This document shows positions 23,340-34,142 of a stretch of 64,000 nucleotides of DNA, in pieces. Source of the DNA: an uncultured Gammaproteobacteria bacterium (GTDB taxonomy: Bacteria; Pseudomonadota; Gammaproteobacteria; CAWCPV01); the NCBI GenBank assembly GCA_963797555.1, contig CAWCPV010000004.1, positions 224,001 through 288,000 on the forward strand, read 5' to 3'. Position 1 is the stretch's first letter. Each line of letters begins with the position of its first letter. Below the pieces are notes generated by a model. It made no database searches. It saw only the letters and a list, made by a program, of their open reading frames with translations, and was not told the origin of the DNA. Position numbers and translations under genes: made by a program.

Positions 23340-24539
23340 TCAGTCGGCGGTCTCGATCACGCCGCCGCGGACGCGCTCCCGAGACAGCAGGACCTTGAAG
23401 CTCGGCCAGATGTCCTCCTTGCGCTCGATGAGCAGGGACTGGAAGTTCTCGGTCTTGAGCAGACGGAACACCTTGAGCATGGAGCTCTCGTACAGGTGGC
23501 CGGAGCCTGCCGGCTTGATCTCGCCGTAGCCGAACAGGTTGCACAGCTCGCACAGGGCCTTGGCGGCCTTCAGCGCCGCCAGGTTGTCCGATTCGAAGTT
23601 GTCCCCGTCGGAGCAGTGGAAGGCGTAGACGTTCCAGAGCGATGGGTGGTAACGCTCCTGGATAATCTCCAGGGCCTTGCGGTAGCCGGAAGAGATGAGA
23701 GTCCCCCCGGATTCGCCCTTGTGAAAGAACTCCTCCTCGGTCACCTCCCGGGCCTGGGTGTGGTGGGCGATGAACACGAGCTGTACGTGCTGATACCTGG
23801 TCATCACGAACTGATAGAGGAGGAAGAAAAAGCTCCGGGCCAGATACTTCTTCATGGTGTCCATGGATCCGGAGGTGTCCATGATGCACAGGACTGCCGC
23901 ATTGGACTCGGTGCGTAGGTCGGGCCGCATGCGGTGGTAACGCAGATCATCTCGGTGGAAAGGGAAACGCTCTTCCCCGCGCTTGGCGACCTGCTCCTGA
24001 CCCGCCGCGAGCTTGCGGCGGACGCGCGAGACGGCGGTGCGCTTCTTGTCGAGATGCGCACGCACTCCCGCGCGGCGGAATCCCTTGCGCTTGCTGGCCC
24101 GTTCCGACACGATCTCGCGCAGAGCTTTGCGCTCCAAGTCCGGCAGCTCCAGATCCTCGAACATCAGCTCGATCAGCTCGTCGAGGGTGATGTCCGTCTC
24201 GTAATAATCCACGCCCGGCTGGTCGCCCGCCTGGCCGGGTGCCTGACCCTGCTCGCCCTTCTTGCCGACGACTTGGCCGCGTTCCACCTGTCCGTCCCCG
24301 GTTCCCACGCCCGGCGTGTTCTCGCCGTACACGAAGCGGTACTCCCTAATGCCCCGGATGGGGATACGGATGATCTTGTCCCGGTCCTTGCCGATGATGG
24401 ACTCCTCCGCCACCAGATCGGCGATGTTGGCGCGGATCGACTCGCGCACCTTCTGGCGGTGACGCAAGCGGTCGCCGGCGCTGCGGTCCGAGCGCAACGC
24501 GTCGGAGGAAGAATAGGGGCGGAAGACGGTCGCGGTCAT
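23340..24539 (-). CDS. yeaH: YeaH/YhbH (DUF444) vWA-like protein
   Basis: DRLRHRQKV, IMDTSGSM (MIDAS), EFFHKGESGGT, FHCSDGDN. Confidence 0.93.
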   Translation of the reverse strand: MTATVFRPYSSSDALRSDRSAGDRLRHRQKVRESIRANIADLVAEESIIGKDRDKIIRIPIRGIREYRFVYGENTPGVGTGDGQVERGQVVGKKGEQGQAPGQAGDQPGVDYYETDITLDELIELMFEDLELPDLERKALREIVSERASKRKGFRRAGVRAHLDKKRTAVSRVRRKLAAGQEQVAKRGEERFPFHRDDLRYHRMRPDLRTESNAAVLCIMDTSGSMDTMKKYLARSFFFLLYQFVMTRYQHVQLVFIAHHTQAREVTEEEFFHKGESGGTLISSGYRKALEIIQERYHPSLWNVYAFHCSDGDNFESDNLAALKAAKALCELCNLFGYGEIKPAGSGHLYESSMLKVFRLLKTENFQSLLIERKEDIWPSFKVLLSRERVRGGVIETAD

Positions 24540-24570
24540 GGGCTCCTGTCAGGTTCTATCAGCCCGTTCG

Positions 24571-26508
24571 TCAGTCCTTCCAGAGGTTGTTGGCCGCGTA
24601 CTTCAGGACCACCTCGACGCAGTGCTCGCAATAGCCGTTGGCGATCAGGTTCCTCACCATCGTGTCGTACTTGTCGCTCTGCTCCTCGTCGCGGGTGCGT
24701 GCCTTGGTGATGATGCGGCTCATCTCGCGTACCGAGTTCATCAGCTTCTTCTCGATCGCCTCCTTGAGCGGCTCGTAGCTGCTGTAGCTGATCCGTTCGC
24801 CGCGGCGCGTGGCCGCCCAGAGGTAGGCGATTACCTCTTGGCGGAACCCGTCAGCGGCCGGCCCGATGATGGCGATCTGCTCCTCGATGGACTTGAGGAA
24901 GCCTTCGTCCGGATGAAGCTCCTCGTGAGTGTTGCGGTCGCGCACCTTGGCTTTGGTGACGTAGGCCTCGGCATGATCCAGGTAGTTTTGGAACAGCGCC
25001 TCGGCCTGCTCCTGATACGAGTATACGAAGGCCTTGGTGATCTCCTTCTCCAGAAGCTCCAGATACTCCTTGTGGATGGTGTCCTGGAGCATCTCCAGGT
25101 AGCGCTTGCGTGTGTCGTCCGAGAGATCCGCATCCTTCACCATGTTGACGAGCGCCTCGCGCACGCCGATGGGGTTGATGCAGTAAGGGCTCTCGGACAG
25201 CGCGTTGTCCAGGGACTTCATGATGAAGCGCGGCGAGATGCCGTCCATGCCCTCGCGCTTTGCGTCTTCCTGCAGCTCGCGCACGTCGATGCGCTTGGTG
25301 CGCCCTTTCTCCACCACTTCCTCGCCGTTGTACAGGCGCAGCTTTGTCGTGGGGTCGCACTTGGCGGTGGGCTCCAGGCGCGACAGGATCGCGAACATGG
25401 AGGCGACCTCCAGGGTATGGGGCGCGATATGGGCGTGGAAGTCGGAGTTGTGAAGCATCTTCTGGTAAATCTTCACCTCCTCGGACAGGCGCAGGTTGTA
25501 CGGCACCTTCACGACTACGATGCGGTCGAGGATGGCCTCGTTGGTGTGGTCGGCCTTGAACTTCAGCCACTCCGCCTCGTTGGAGTGCGCCACGATCACG
25601 GTGTCCACGTAAACCGTGCCGTGGCGGCCGGGCGCCGGTACGAACTTCTCCTGGGTGGCGGTGATCATGGCGTGCAGGTACTCGGTCTCGTTCTTGAAGA
25701 CCTCGATGAACTCCACCATGCCGCGGTTGCCCACGTTGAATGCGCCGGAGAGGTCGAGTACCCGCGGGTCGCTCTCCGAGTATATGTCCAGCTTGGAAAT
25801 GTCCTCCGAGCCGATGAGCACCGAGGTGTCCTGGTTGTTCGGGTCCACCGGGGGCACTACGCCGATGCCCCGGCGATTGTGGCGGTCGAAGGTGACCGTG
25901 GCCACCGGCACCTCCTCGTAACGCCCGCCGAACTCCTCCTGCAGGCGGAAGCGGCAGATCGGGCAGAGGTCGCCCTCGACGTGCATGCCCAGCATCTTCT
26001 CGAACTCCTTACGCAGATGCCGCGGGATGAGATGCAGGGGCTCTTCCCGCATGGGGCAGCCCTCGATGGCGAAGACGGCGTCGGTCTCCTCCAATCCGCG
26101 CTGCAGTTTCTCGGACAGGGAGCTCTTGCCGGCTCCTACCGGCCCCATGAGGTACAGCACCTGCCGGCTCTCCTCTCCGTGCAGGGCCGCCGAGTTGAAG
26201 TAGCGGACGATCTTTCCGAGCGTGCGCTCGATGCCGAAGAACTCGTGCTTGAAGAAGTCGTAGACCTTGACCGTCTCGTCGCCGAACAGCCGCTTGGTGC
26301 GGGGGTCGGTCTCGGCCTGGACCTCTGCCAGCCCCGCTTTGACGATCACGTCGTAGAGCCTGGAGTGGGCCAGCTTGCAGGTGGCGGGGTCGGCGCGGAC
26401 TTTGTCCAGGTACTCCAGAAAAGTGCCACGCCACTGCTTGACCTTGCGCGAAACTCGGTCCCTTTCGATGATTTTCGCGAATTCGCTCTGGGTGTCTCGG
26501 GTGGTCAT
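24571..26508 (-). CDS. prkA: PrkA/YeaG AAA+ serine protein kinase family
   Basis: LMGPVGAGKSS, CPMREEPL, NRGMVEFIEVFK, EGMDGISPRF. Confidence 0.95.
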   Translation of the reverse strand: MTTRDTQSEFAKIIERDRVSRKVKQWRGTFLEYLDKVRADPATCKLAHSRLYDVIVKAGLAEVQAETDPRTKRLFGDETVKVYDFFKHEFFGIERTLGKIVRYFNSAALHGEESRQVLYLMGPVGAGKSSLSEKLQRGLEETDAVFAIEGCPMREEPLHLIPRHLRKEFEKMLGMHVEGDLCPICRFRLQEEFGGRYEEVPVATVTFDRHNRRGIGVVPPVDPNNQDTSVLIGSEDISKLDIYSESDPRVLDLSGAFNVGNRGMVEFIEVFKNETEYLHAMITATQEKFVPAPGRHGTVYVDTVIVAHSNEAEWLKFKADHTNEAILDRIVVVKVPYNLRLSEEVKIYQKMLHNSDFHAHIAPHTLEVASMFAILSRLEPTAKCDPTTKLRLYNGEEVVEKGRTKRIDVRELQEDAKREGMDGISPRFIMKSLDNALSESPYCINPIGVREALVNMVKDADLSDDTRKRYLEMLQDTIHKEYLELLEKEITKAFVYSYQEQAEALFQNYLDHAEAYVTKAKVRDRNTHEELHPDEGFLKSIEEQIAIIGPAADGFRQEVIAYLWAATRRGERISYSSYEPLKEAIEKKLMNSVREMSRIITKARTRDEEQSDKYDTMVRNLIANGYCEHCVEVVLKYAANNLWKD

Positions 26509-26860
26509 AACCGGCTCCTAGCGTCTCGGGTAGGCGACGACACGGTTCCGAAAACGCTCCCCTGGCGGATTTGGGAGCGGCCCACTGGGCCTTGGTCTGA
26601 ATAAGCAGGAGGCAGCGGCCTTGCACGAGCAGAGACTCAAGCGATCGGAGCATGGCCTCTACGTTACGGCTGCATCTGCAGGGCGGGCCTCCGCTCGGTC
26701 GGTCCACGCTCGCTAACGCGGCGCCTGCGCTCACATGGCGCGGCGGTGGCCTCGAATGTCAATTCATAAGATAGCACACCGGCAAACGGCCTTGTCATCA
26801 TCGGCGGCGTGGCTCCCTAGGTTAGTGTCCTGGCCTCCGGTGGCAACCCCACGAAACGTA

Positions 26861-28006
26861 TTATTGTGACCGGCCTGGGGCCGAATGGTTCTCCGCGTGC
26901 TCGGCCGTGTGCTGGCGTGCCAGGGCCCATGCTACATGGTCGCGCACCAGCGCCGAGGGATCGTCGCAGCGGCCCCGTAGGGCTTCGCATACGGCGCGGG
27001 AGCCAGGAGCGTTGCCGAGGGCCACTGCCACGTTGCGCAGCCAACCCTGATAACCGGTGCGCCGGACGGCCATTCCCTCGGTGCGGCGGCGGAACTCCGC
27101 TTCGCTCCAAGAGAAGAGGCTAGTGAGCCGCGCGGCGTCCAGTCCGTGTCGGGGCCGGAAGTCGGTTTCGCCCGAGGGTTGGGCGAAGCGGTTCCACGGA
27201 CATACCAACTGGCAGTCGTCGCACCCGTAAACGCGATTCCCAACCAACGGGCGCAGTTCCACCGGGATAAATCCGCGCAGCTCGATGGTGAGATAGGAGA
27301 TGCAGCGTCGTGCGTCCAGCGTGTAGGGGGCGAGGATGGCGCCGGTTGGGCAGGCGTCGATGCACGCCCGACAGTTGCCGCAATGGTTGGGCGCGGGTGC
27401 GTCCACGGGGAGCGGAAGGTCGGTGTAGATCTCCCCGAGAAAGAACCAAGAGCCGGCGCGCGAGTGCAGCAGGTTGGTGTGCTTGCCTATCCATCCGAGA
27501 CCGGCCCGCTCGGCCAGGGCTTTCTCGAGGACAGGGGCGCTGTCCACATACACCCGGTGGCAGGAGCCGGGCGCGCGCCGGATGATGCGTTGTGCGAGCC
27601 GCGCGAGCCGCCGCCGCACCACGCGGTGATAGTCACGTCCGAGCGCATAGCGGGACACGTACCCCAGGGCACCGTCCCGCAGCACTTGCCATGGATCGGC
27701 GCCATCCCCCGGAGTGTAGTCCATGCGCGCACAGATCACCCGCTGGGTCCCCGGGAGCAGGCGCTCCGGCCGGCTCCGCGTTACCCCATGCCGCTCCATG
27801 TAGCCCATCTCCCCTTGGTATCCGGCGGCGAGCCACGCCAAGAGGTGGTGCTCGTGCGGCGCGAGGTCGGTGTCGGCGATGCCGACTTGCTGGAAGCCGA
27901 GCTCTTGACCCCAGCGCTTGATGTCCTCCCCGAGCTGGCGGCAGTCGATGCCGGCGCTATCCGGGGTGCCGGTGACGTTGTCGAGCGGGCCTTGCTTCGC
28001 TCCCAT
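26861..28006 (-). CDS. queG: Epoxyqueuosine reductase
   Basis: SRYALGRDYH, VDSAPVLEK, CGNCRACIDACPTGAI, YGCDDCQLVCPWN. Start approximate. Confidence 0.95.
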   Translation of the reverse strand: MGAKQGPLDNVTGTPDSAGIDCRQLGEDIKRWGQELGFQQVGIADTDLAPHEHHLLAWLAAGYQGEMGYMERHGVTRSRPERLLPGTQRVICARMDYTPGDGADPWQVLRDGALGYVSRYALGRDYHRVVRRRLARLAQRIIRRAPGSCHRVYVDSAPVLEKALAERAGLGWIGKHTNLLHSRAGSWFFLGEIYTDLPLPVDAPAPNHCGNCRACIDACPTGAILAPYTLDARRCISYLTIELRGFIPVELRPLVGNRVYGCDDCQLVCPWNRFAQPSGETDFRPRHGLDAARLTSLFSWSEAEFRRRTEGMAVRRTGYQGWLRNVAVALGNAPGSRAVCEALRGRCDDPSALVRDHVAWALARQHTAEHAENHSAPGRSQ

Positions 28007-28058
28007 AAAGCCGAGACACTGGGATGTAGTGGACCCTAGGTGCCCTGGAGCATACGCC

Positions 28059-29561
28059 ATGACCGTTCCCACGTCACGCCTGCCCGCCGCGCTGTATACG
28101 GCGGCCGAGGTGCGGGAGATGGACCGGGTCACCATCCAGGAGATGGGCATCCCGGGCGCTGAGCTGATGGAGCGCGCGGGGCGTGCCGCGCTCGCCGCGT
28201 TGCGGGCGCGCTGGCCCGGCGCCAGACGCATCGCGGTCGCATGCGGCCCCGGCAACAATGGAGGGGACGGCTTTGTGCTGGCGCGCTTAGCGGGCGAGGC
28301 GGGGCTGCAGGCCGAGACTTGGCTGGTGGGCGAGGCGCAGCGTCTGCGCGGTGATGCGCTGGGCGCGGCAGAAGCCTGGCGCCGCTCCGGCGCCGCGATC
28401 CGGGAGTTCACCCCGGATTGTTTGCACGGCGCCGAGGTGGTGGTGGATGGCCTGTTGGGGACCGGGCTGGACCGAGAACTCGTCGGCTCCATGGCTGGTG
28501 CAGTGGACGCCATCAACCGAGCGCAGGGCGCGGTGCTGGCCATCGACTTGCCGAGCGGGCTGCACGCAGATAGCGGTCGGGTGCTGGGCACTGCGGTGCG
28601 TGCGGAGGTGACGGTCACGTTCATCGGATTGAAGAGGGGCCTATTCACCGGCGAGGGGCCGGCCGTGTGCGGCCACATCCTGTTCGACGACCTCCAGGTG
28701 CCTGCGGGTCTGTACGAACGCTTCACCGCCTCGGCGCAACGCCTGGATCTCGAGAGGCTGCGGGGCTTGCTTCTTCCTCGCAGGCGCACGGCGCACAAGG
28801 GGGACTTCGGGCACGTGCTGGTGGTCGGGGGCGATCGGGGAATGCCGGGTGCGCCGCGCATGGCGGGTGAGGCGGCGGCGCGAGTGGGCGCGGGATTGGT
28901 CACCGTGGCCACCCATCCGACCCACGCCGCCTTCCTCAACCTCGGGCGGCCGGAGCTGATGTGCCACGCGGTGGCCGACGCGCGAGGTCTGGACCCGTTG
29001 CTGGAGCGTGCCGACGTGGTGGCCTTGGGTCCCGGTCTCGGCCACGGCTCCTGGGGCGAGGCGCTCCTCGCCCGCGTCCTGGAGACGGATTTGCTCCTGG
29101 TGGTGGACGCCGATGCCCTGAACTTTCTGGCCCAGCGGCCTCAGAAACGCAGCCGCTGGGTGCTCACCCCCCACCCTGGCGAAGCCGGTCGGCTGTTGGG
29201 GTGCAGCACAGCGGAGGTGCAGGCGGACCGCTTCGCCGCAGTCCACGCGCTGCGAGCCCGCTACGGAGGAGTGTGCGTGCTGAAGGGGGCGGGGACCCTC
29301 GTGGCCGGCGACGAGGGGCCGGTGGCAGTGGGGACCGGAGGAAACCCGGGGATGGCCTCCGGCGGCATGGGAGACGTGCTGACCGGCGTCATCGCCGGGC
29401 TGTTGGCCCAACGGTTTCCCCCCAGCGATGCCGCGCAGCTCGGTGTCTGCGCGCATGCTGCAGCGGGAGACTTGGCGGCCCGCGGTGGCGAGCGCGGGAT
29501 GCTGGCGGGCGACCTCTTGGCCGCGCTGCGCTCGGTGGTCAATCCCTGGGTCGCCCGGTGA
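28059..29561 (+). CDS. nnr: NAD(P)H-hydrate epimerase/dehydratase
   Basis: LMERAG, GPGNNGGDG, AIDLPSG, HKGDFG, TPHPGEA, GGMGDVLTG. Confidence 0.95.
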   Translation: MTVPTSRLPAALYTAAEVREMDRVTIQEMGIPGAELMERAGRAALAALRARWPGARRIAVACGPGNNGGDGFVLARLAGEAGLQAETWLVGEAQRLRGDALGAAEAWRRSGAAIREFTPDCLHGAEVVVDGLLGTGLDRELVGSMAGAVDAINRAQGAVLAIDLPSGLHADSGRVLGTAVRAEVTVTFIGLKRGLFTGEGPAVCGHILFDDLQVPAGLYERFTASAQRLDLERLRGLLLPRRRTAHKGDFGHVLVVGGDRGMPGAPRMAGEAAARVGAGLVTVATHPTHAAFLNLGRPELMCHAVADARGLDPLLERADVVALGPGLGHGSWGEALLARVLETDLLLVVDADALNFLAQRPQKRSRWVLTPHPGEAGRLLGCSTAEVQADRFAAVHALRARYGGVCVLKGAGTLVAGDEGPVAVGTGGNPGMASGGMGDVLTGVIAGLLAQRFPPSDAAQLGVCAHAAAGDLAARGGERGMLAGDLLAALRSVVNPWVAR

Positions 29562-29620
29562 GCCGTGGACTGCGGGGCGGACAACGGGTCACGGCCGCGT
29601 GCCGTCAAGTGGCACCGGTG

Positions 29621-30088
29621 ATGGAAATGTCGCTGGCCGCCGAGGCGCAGACGGAGAGGCTGGGCGGGGCGCTGGCCATGGCCTGCTTGCCAGGGACGGT
29701 GATCCACCTCCGCGGCGACCTCGGGGCGGGGAAGACCACCCTGGCACGTGGGTTCCTGCGTGCGCTGGGATACAGCGGCGCGGTCAAGAGCCCCACTTAC
29801 ACGCTGGTCGAGAGCTACGCTCTGTCGGCGATGACCGTCTATCACCTCGACCTTTACCGGCTGAGCGTGCCCCGTGAGGTCGCGGACATCGGGGTGCGCG
29901 ACTACTTCGACGGACATGCGACCTGTCTCGTAGAGTGGCCGGAACGTGGCGGCGGCGAGCTGCCGGAGGCCGACGTGGAAGTGTCGTTGCGTTACCACGG
30001 CCAGGGGCGGCTCGCTCGGATCGCGGCGTTCTCCGAGAAGGGCAGATCGGTGACTCAGTCCTTCGCCGCAACCAACAATCAAGAGTAA
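29621..30088 (+). CDS. tsaE: tRNA t6A biosynthesis ATPase
   Basis: GDLGAGKTT, VKSPTYTLVE, HLDLYRL, VEWPE. Confidence 0.95.
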   Translation: MEMSLAAEAQTERLGGALAMACLPGTVIHLRGDLGAGKTTLARGFLRALGYSGAVKSPTYTLVESYALSAMTVYHLDLYRLSVPREVADIGVRDYFDGHATCLVEWPERGGGELPEADVEVSLRYHGQGRLARIAAFSEKGRSVTQSFAATNNQE

Positions 30089-30220
30089 CTTTGATACCTA
30101 TCCTTCGAGAAAATCGGCAAAAATGGGCTTGAAAATCGCTCGAAAATGTTCAGACTATATTAGATAGCAAGGACTGGGGCACTTCCGCGCGACGGCAACC
30201 GGTTCGCCGAGCTACGTGGC

Positions 30221-31648
30221 GTGGCTGTCACGGATGCCGCGCGGGCGGCGGGCCCATTCTTAGGGGGACGGGTGCACAGAGAGGCGAAAGAAGGTCGGCT
30301 CAGCCAGCCGAGGCGACGCCTCCGCCCCGGCGCGCTGCTGTGTGCCGGAGGCTTGGCCGTCGCTGCGTGCGTCTGCCCCCCGTTACTGGCCTGGGCGACG
30401 GGACGCCATGTGGTGCAAGCAGTATCGGTGGCGTCCGTTGACGGCCACGCCCGCCTTGTGTTTGCCCTCAGCGGTCCTGCGCGGCACAGCCTGTTCGCTC
30501 TCGCACGGCCCGAGCGCTTGGTGATCGATCTCCCAGACACACGCCTCGGTGCTCCCCTACCACCCGGCGACCTGACGGGTACCCCTCTGCGCGGGTTGCG
30601 CAGCGGGTGGCGCAACGGCAGCGACCTGCGGATTGTGCTCGACCTGTCGCGCGCCGTCCTACCCTGGACCAGCCTGGTTCCCGGTCCGAGAACTGGCGGT
30701 TATGAATTGGTTGTCGACCTGCTGGAACGCAATGGCCAGGTTGTGGCTTCGGCCTCGCCCACACCTTCCAACGCGCCGCCACCCCGGCTCAGGGACGTGG
30801 TGGTGGTCATCGATCCCGGACACGGTGGCAAGGATCCCGGAGCCATCGGGCCGCGAGGGACGCAGGAAAAGGACGTGGTGCTGTCGATCGCCCGCAGGCT
30901 TGCGGCGATGGTGCAGGCACAGCGCGGAATGCGCGCCGTGCTGACTCGGCAAAAGGACGTCTATCTGCCGCTGCGCACGCGCATACGCAAGGCGCGGCAG
31001 TACCGGGCGGATCTTTTCGTCTCCATCCATGCGGATGCCGACCCGCAGAACGGAGCCAGCGGCGCGTCGGTGTTCGTGCTGTCCGAGCGCGGGGCAAGCA
31101 GTGAGGCGGCGCGGTGGCTGGCCGAGCGGGAGAACGCTGCGGACCTGATCGGCGGCGTCAGCCTGGACGACAAGGAGCCCATGCTGGCATCGGTCCTCCT
31201 CGACCTTTCTCAGACCGCTGCCATTGAGGCCAGCACCGACGCCGCTTCCAAGTGCCTGATGTCGCTGCACGCCATGGGCGCGTTGCACAAGGCCGAGGTG
31301 CAGTACGCTGGATTTGTCGTCCTGAAATCGCCTGATATCCCCTCGGTGCTCATCGAGACTGCATTCCTCACCAATCCGCATGAAGAGCTGAAGCTGCGGG
31401 ATGCTCGCTACCAGGCGCATCTGGCGGCGGCCATCGCCAACGGGATCCGAGCCTATTTCGCCAAGCGCGCGCCGGCCGGGACCTGGCTCGCGTCTCGGCA
31501 GCATGTGATCACACCGGGCGAGACCCTGGGTACTATCGCCAAGCATTACAACATCAGCGTGGACCGCCTGCGCCTAGCCAACGGGCTAGCTACCGACCGA
31601 GTACACGTCGGCGAGGTGCTACACATCCCCTCTAGTGAGGACGGTTGA
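30221..31648 (+). CDS. amiB: N-acetylmuramoyl-L-alanine amidase (AMIN-Amidase_3-LysM)
   Basis: IDPGHGGKDPGA, SIHAD, VLKSPDIPSVLIETAF, C-terminal LysM; synteny with tsaE and mutL. Start uncertain. Confidence 0.9.
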   Translation: MAVTDAARAAGPFLGGRVHREAKEGRLSQPRRRLRPGALLCAGGLAVAACVCPPLLAWATGRHVVQAVSVASVDGHARLVFALSGPARHSLFALARPERLVIDLPDTRLGAPLPPGDLTGTPLRGLRSGWRNGSDLRIVLDLSRAVLPWTSLVPGPRTGGYELVVDLLERNGQVVASASPTPSNAPPPRLRDVVVVIDPGHGGKDPGAIGPRGTQEKDVVLSIARRLAAMVQAQRGMRAVLTRQKDVYLPLRTRIRKARQYRADLFVSIHADADPQNGASGASVFVLSERGASSEAARWLAERENAADLIGGVSLDDKEPMLASVLLDLSQTAAIEASTDAASKCLMSLHAMGALHKAEVQYAGFVVLKSPDIPSVLIETAFLTNPHEELKLRDARYQAHLAAAIANGIRAYFAKRAPAGTWLASRQHVITPGETLGTIAKHYNISVDRLRLANGLATDRVHVGEVLHIPSSEDG

Positions 31649-31842
31649 GCGCCCATCCCTGCCTCTGAGGGGGTGAAGAAATCGTCGCCAGCGGCCCGAG
31701 GGCGCGGCGCACGGAGCCAGCGGCGAGAAATGTCAAGCGGACGGGCGGGAACGGGCACCGCGCAACGCTGCTATCGGGACGCGCAGCAGATTCATTGGCA
31801 GGCTCTCTGTCCTTCCTCTCGGCGGCTGGCTATGATCGGCCA

Positions 31843-33634
31843 GTGCGCATTCACACGCTGAGTCCCGAGCTGGCCAGTCAGATCGCCGCGGGGGAGGTCG
31901 TCGAACGACCTGCCTCGGTGGTCAAGGAGCTGATCGAGAACAGCATCGATGCCCAGGCCAGGCGTATCGAGATCGAGGTCGAGGACGGCGGCAAGCGGCT
32001 GGTCCGGATACGCGACGACGGTGGCGGTATCCATCCAGAGGACCTGGCTCTCGCGCTGAGCCGCCACGCGACCAGCAAGATCCGCAGTCCCGCTGACTTG
32101 GAGCGTGTCGCCACCCTGGGGTTTCGGGGGGAAGCGTTGCCCAGCATGGCTAGCGTGGCGCGGCTCGATCTGGTGTCCCGCAGTGAGGAGACCGAGAGCG
32201 CCTGGCGTGTGCGCGTCGACGGTGGAGCATTGGGCTCACCCACTCCCGCCCCGCATCCTCCCGGCACGACGGTCGAGGTCCGCGATCTCTTCTTCAACGT
32301 CCCGGCGCGGCGTAAGTTCCTGCGGGCCGAGAGGACCGAGTACGCGCATGTGGAGGAGGTGGTCAGGCGTCTCTCCCTCAGCCGCTTCGACATCGCCTGG
32401 ACGCTGCGCCGCGACGAGCGCCTCATCTATCGCATGCCGGCAGCCCAAGGCGAGAGCGCCCGAGCCGAGCGGTTGGGAACGCTGTACGGGGCCGCTTTCC
32501 TGGAGCAGGCCCTGTCGCTGGACGCGGAGGAGGACGGACTGCGTGCTATGGGGTTGGGTGGCGCTGCCGGGGTTCTCCCGCGCCCAACCGGACATGCAGT
32601 ACTTCTATGTGAACGGGCGCATGGTGCGAGACCGGCTGCTCGCGCATGCTGTGCGCCAGGCCTACCAGGACGTGCTGTACCACGGGCGCCACGCGGCATG
32701 CACCCTGTATCTGGAGCTGCCTCGGGAAGCCGTGGACGTGAATGCGCACCCGGCCAAGCACGAAGTGAGGTTCCGGGAGTCGCAGCGCGTGCGCAGCCTG
32801 GTGTTCCGCGCCGTGCAGCGCGTCCTGGCGGGGGCGCGTGCGGCTCCGCAACGACCCGCGGAATCTTCGCAGGCGCCCTTTCCCGATGCGCTTTGGACCT
32901 TGCGCTCCGGGACGCCGGAACAAGCGCCCCTGGTCCTTGCGCATCGGCGTATGTGCGATGTACGGGCCGATGCTCTGGACGCCGACGCGACAGAGTCCCC
33001 GTGGCGGCGGGACGGAGTCCGGGAGCATTTGCCCGCCGCGGAGGAGTCTGCGCCACCCCTCGGCTATGCCCTGGGTCAGCTCCACGGCATTTACATTCTC
33101 GCGCAGAATACTACCGGGCTGGTGCTGGTGGACATGCACGCGGCTCACGAGCGGGTGACGTACGAACGCATGAAGACCGCCTGGGAGCGGCGCGGTATCC
33201 CGAGCCAGACTCTGCTGGTGCCGGTTACCGTTGAGGTGAGCCTCGCCGACGCGAGCCTGGCGGAGGAGCAGCAGGAGGCGTTCCGGGAGTTGGGGTTCGA
33301 CGTGGGCCGCATCGGTCCGGACCGTCTCGTGGTGAGACAGGTGCCGGGCCTGCTGGAGGTCGATGATGTCCCCGGGCTGGTGCGCGACGTGCTCGCCGAC
33401 CTGCGCCTGTACGGCGATAGCCGCCGGCTTCGCGAGCATATCAACGCCGTACTGGGGAACATCGCCTGCCATCAGGCGGTCCGCGCGCGCCGCCGACTGA
33501 CCGCCGATGAGATGAACGCCCTGCTCCGCGACATGGAGCACACGGAGCGCAGCGGGCAGTGCAACCACGGGCGTCCTACCTGGGCACAGCTCAGTCTCGC
33601 GGACCTGGACAAGCTCTTCCTGCGCGGCCGATGA
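31843..33634 (+). CDS. mutL: DNA mismatch repair protein MutL (one +1 frameshift near 32544 as assembled)
   Basis: QIAAGEVVERPASVVKELIENS, TLGFRGEAL; second frame has VDVNAHPAKHEVRF, DMHAAHERVTYE, CNHGRP. Confidence 0.93.
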
Positions 33635-33661
33635 CCCGGCACCGGCGCGCTTGGCGGCCGG

Positions 33662-33907
33662 TCACTGACGCGCCGGCACTAGGGCTATTTCGTCACCGGC
33701 GCGGACCGGTGTGCGTGTGTCGACGATGGCCCGGTTGCGCAGCACCTGGACGCGGCCTTCCGCGAGGGTCTCGCGCCACGGGCTTCCACGTTCTCTCAGC
33801 CAGGCTAACAAGCCGCTGAGGTCCTGTACCGTCTCCGGGGGCTGTGCCTCCTCGGAGGTGCGTCCGAGCGTTTCTGCCAACTGTGCGAAGTATAGGATCC
33901 TGACCAC
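33662..33907 (-). CDS. moaD: MoaD/ThiS-family sulfur carrier-like protein (lacks terminal GG)
   Basis: VRILYFAQLAETLG...GDEIALVP, ending PARQ rather than PPVSGG. Confidence 0.75.
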   Translation of the reverse strand: MVRILYFAQLAETLGRTSEEAQPPETVQDLSGLLAWLRERGSPWRETLAEGRVQVLRNRAIVDTRTPVRAGDEIALVPARQ

Positions 33908-34142
33908 GATTCGGTGCTCCGCCGGTGATTGCGCCGAGCCGCCCGCCGGTGCGGGAAGGACGCCCGGTGACTATCTTAAGCCGGCCGCGCCCCGCTGTAC
34001 TTGAAGAGACAGCCAGACGCTGCAGGCGTGCGCAGAGGAGCTGACGCGCCGCCTCCGGGCTATGCCCCGGGGTGCTGCCGGGAGTGCGGCGGCAGCATTA
34101 GATGGTCAACCACGGTATCGAGGGCCGCCCAACCGCTGCGGT

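Noticed and set aside
24538-26604. 688-aa plus-strand ORF, and similar antisense ORFs such as 44162..46252 and the 5' extension of queG to 28939
   Set aside because: Antisense shadows of prkA, htpX/DUF1015 and nnr caused by high GC3 codon bias.
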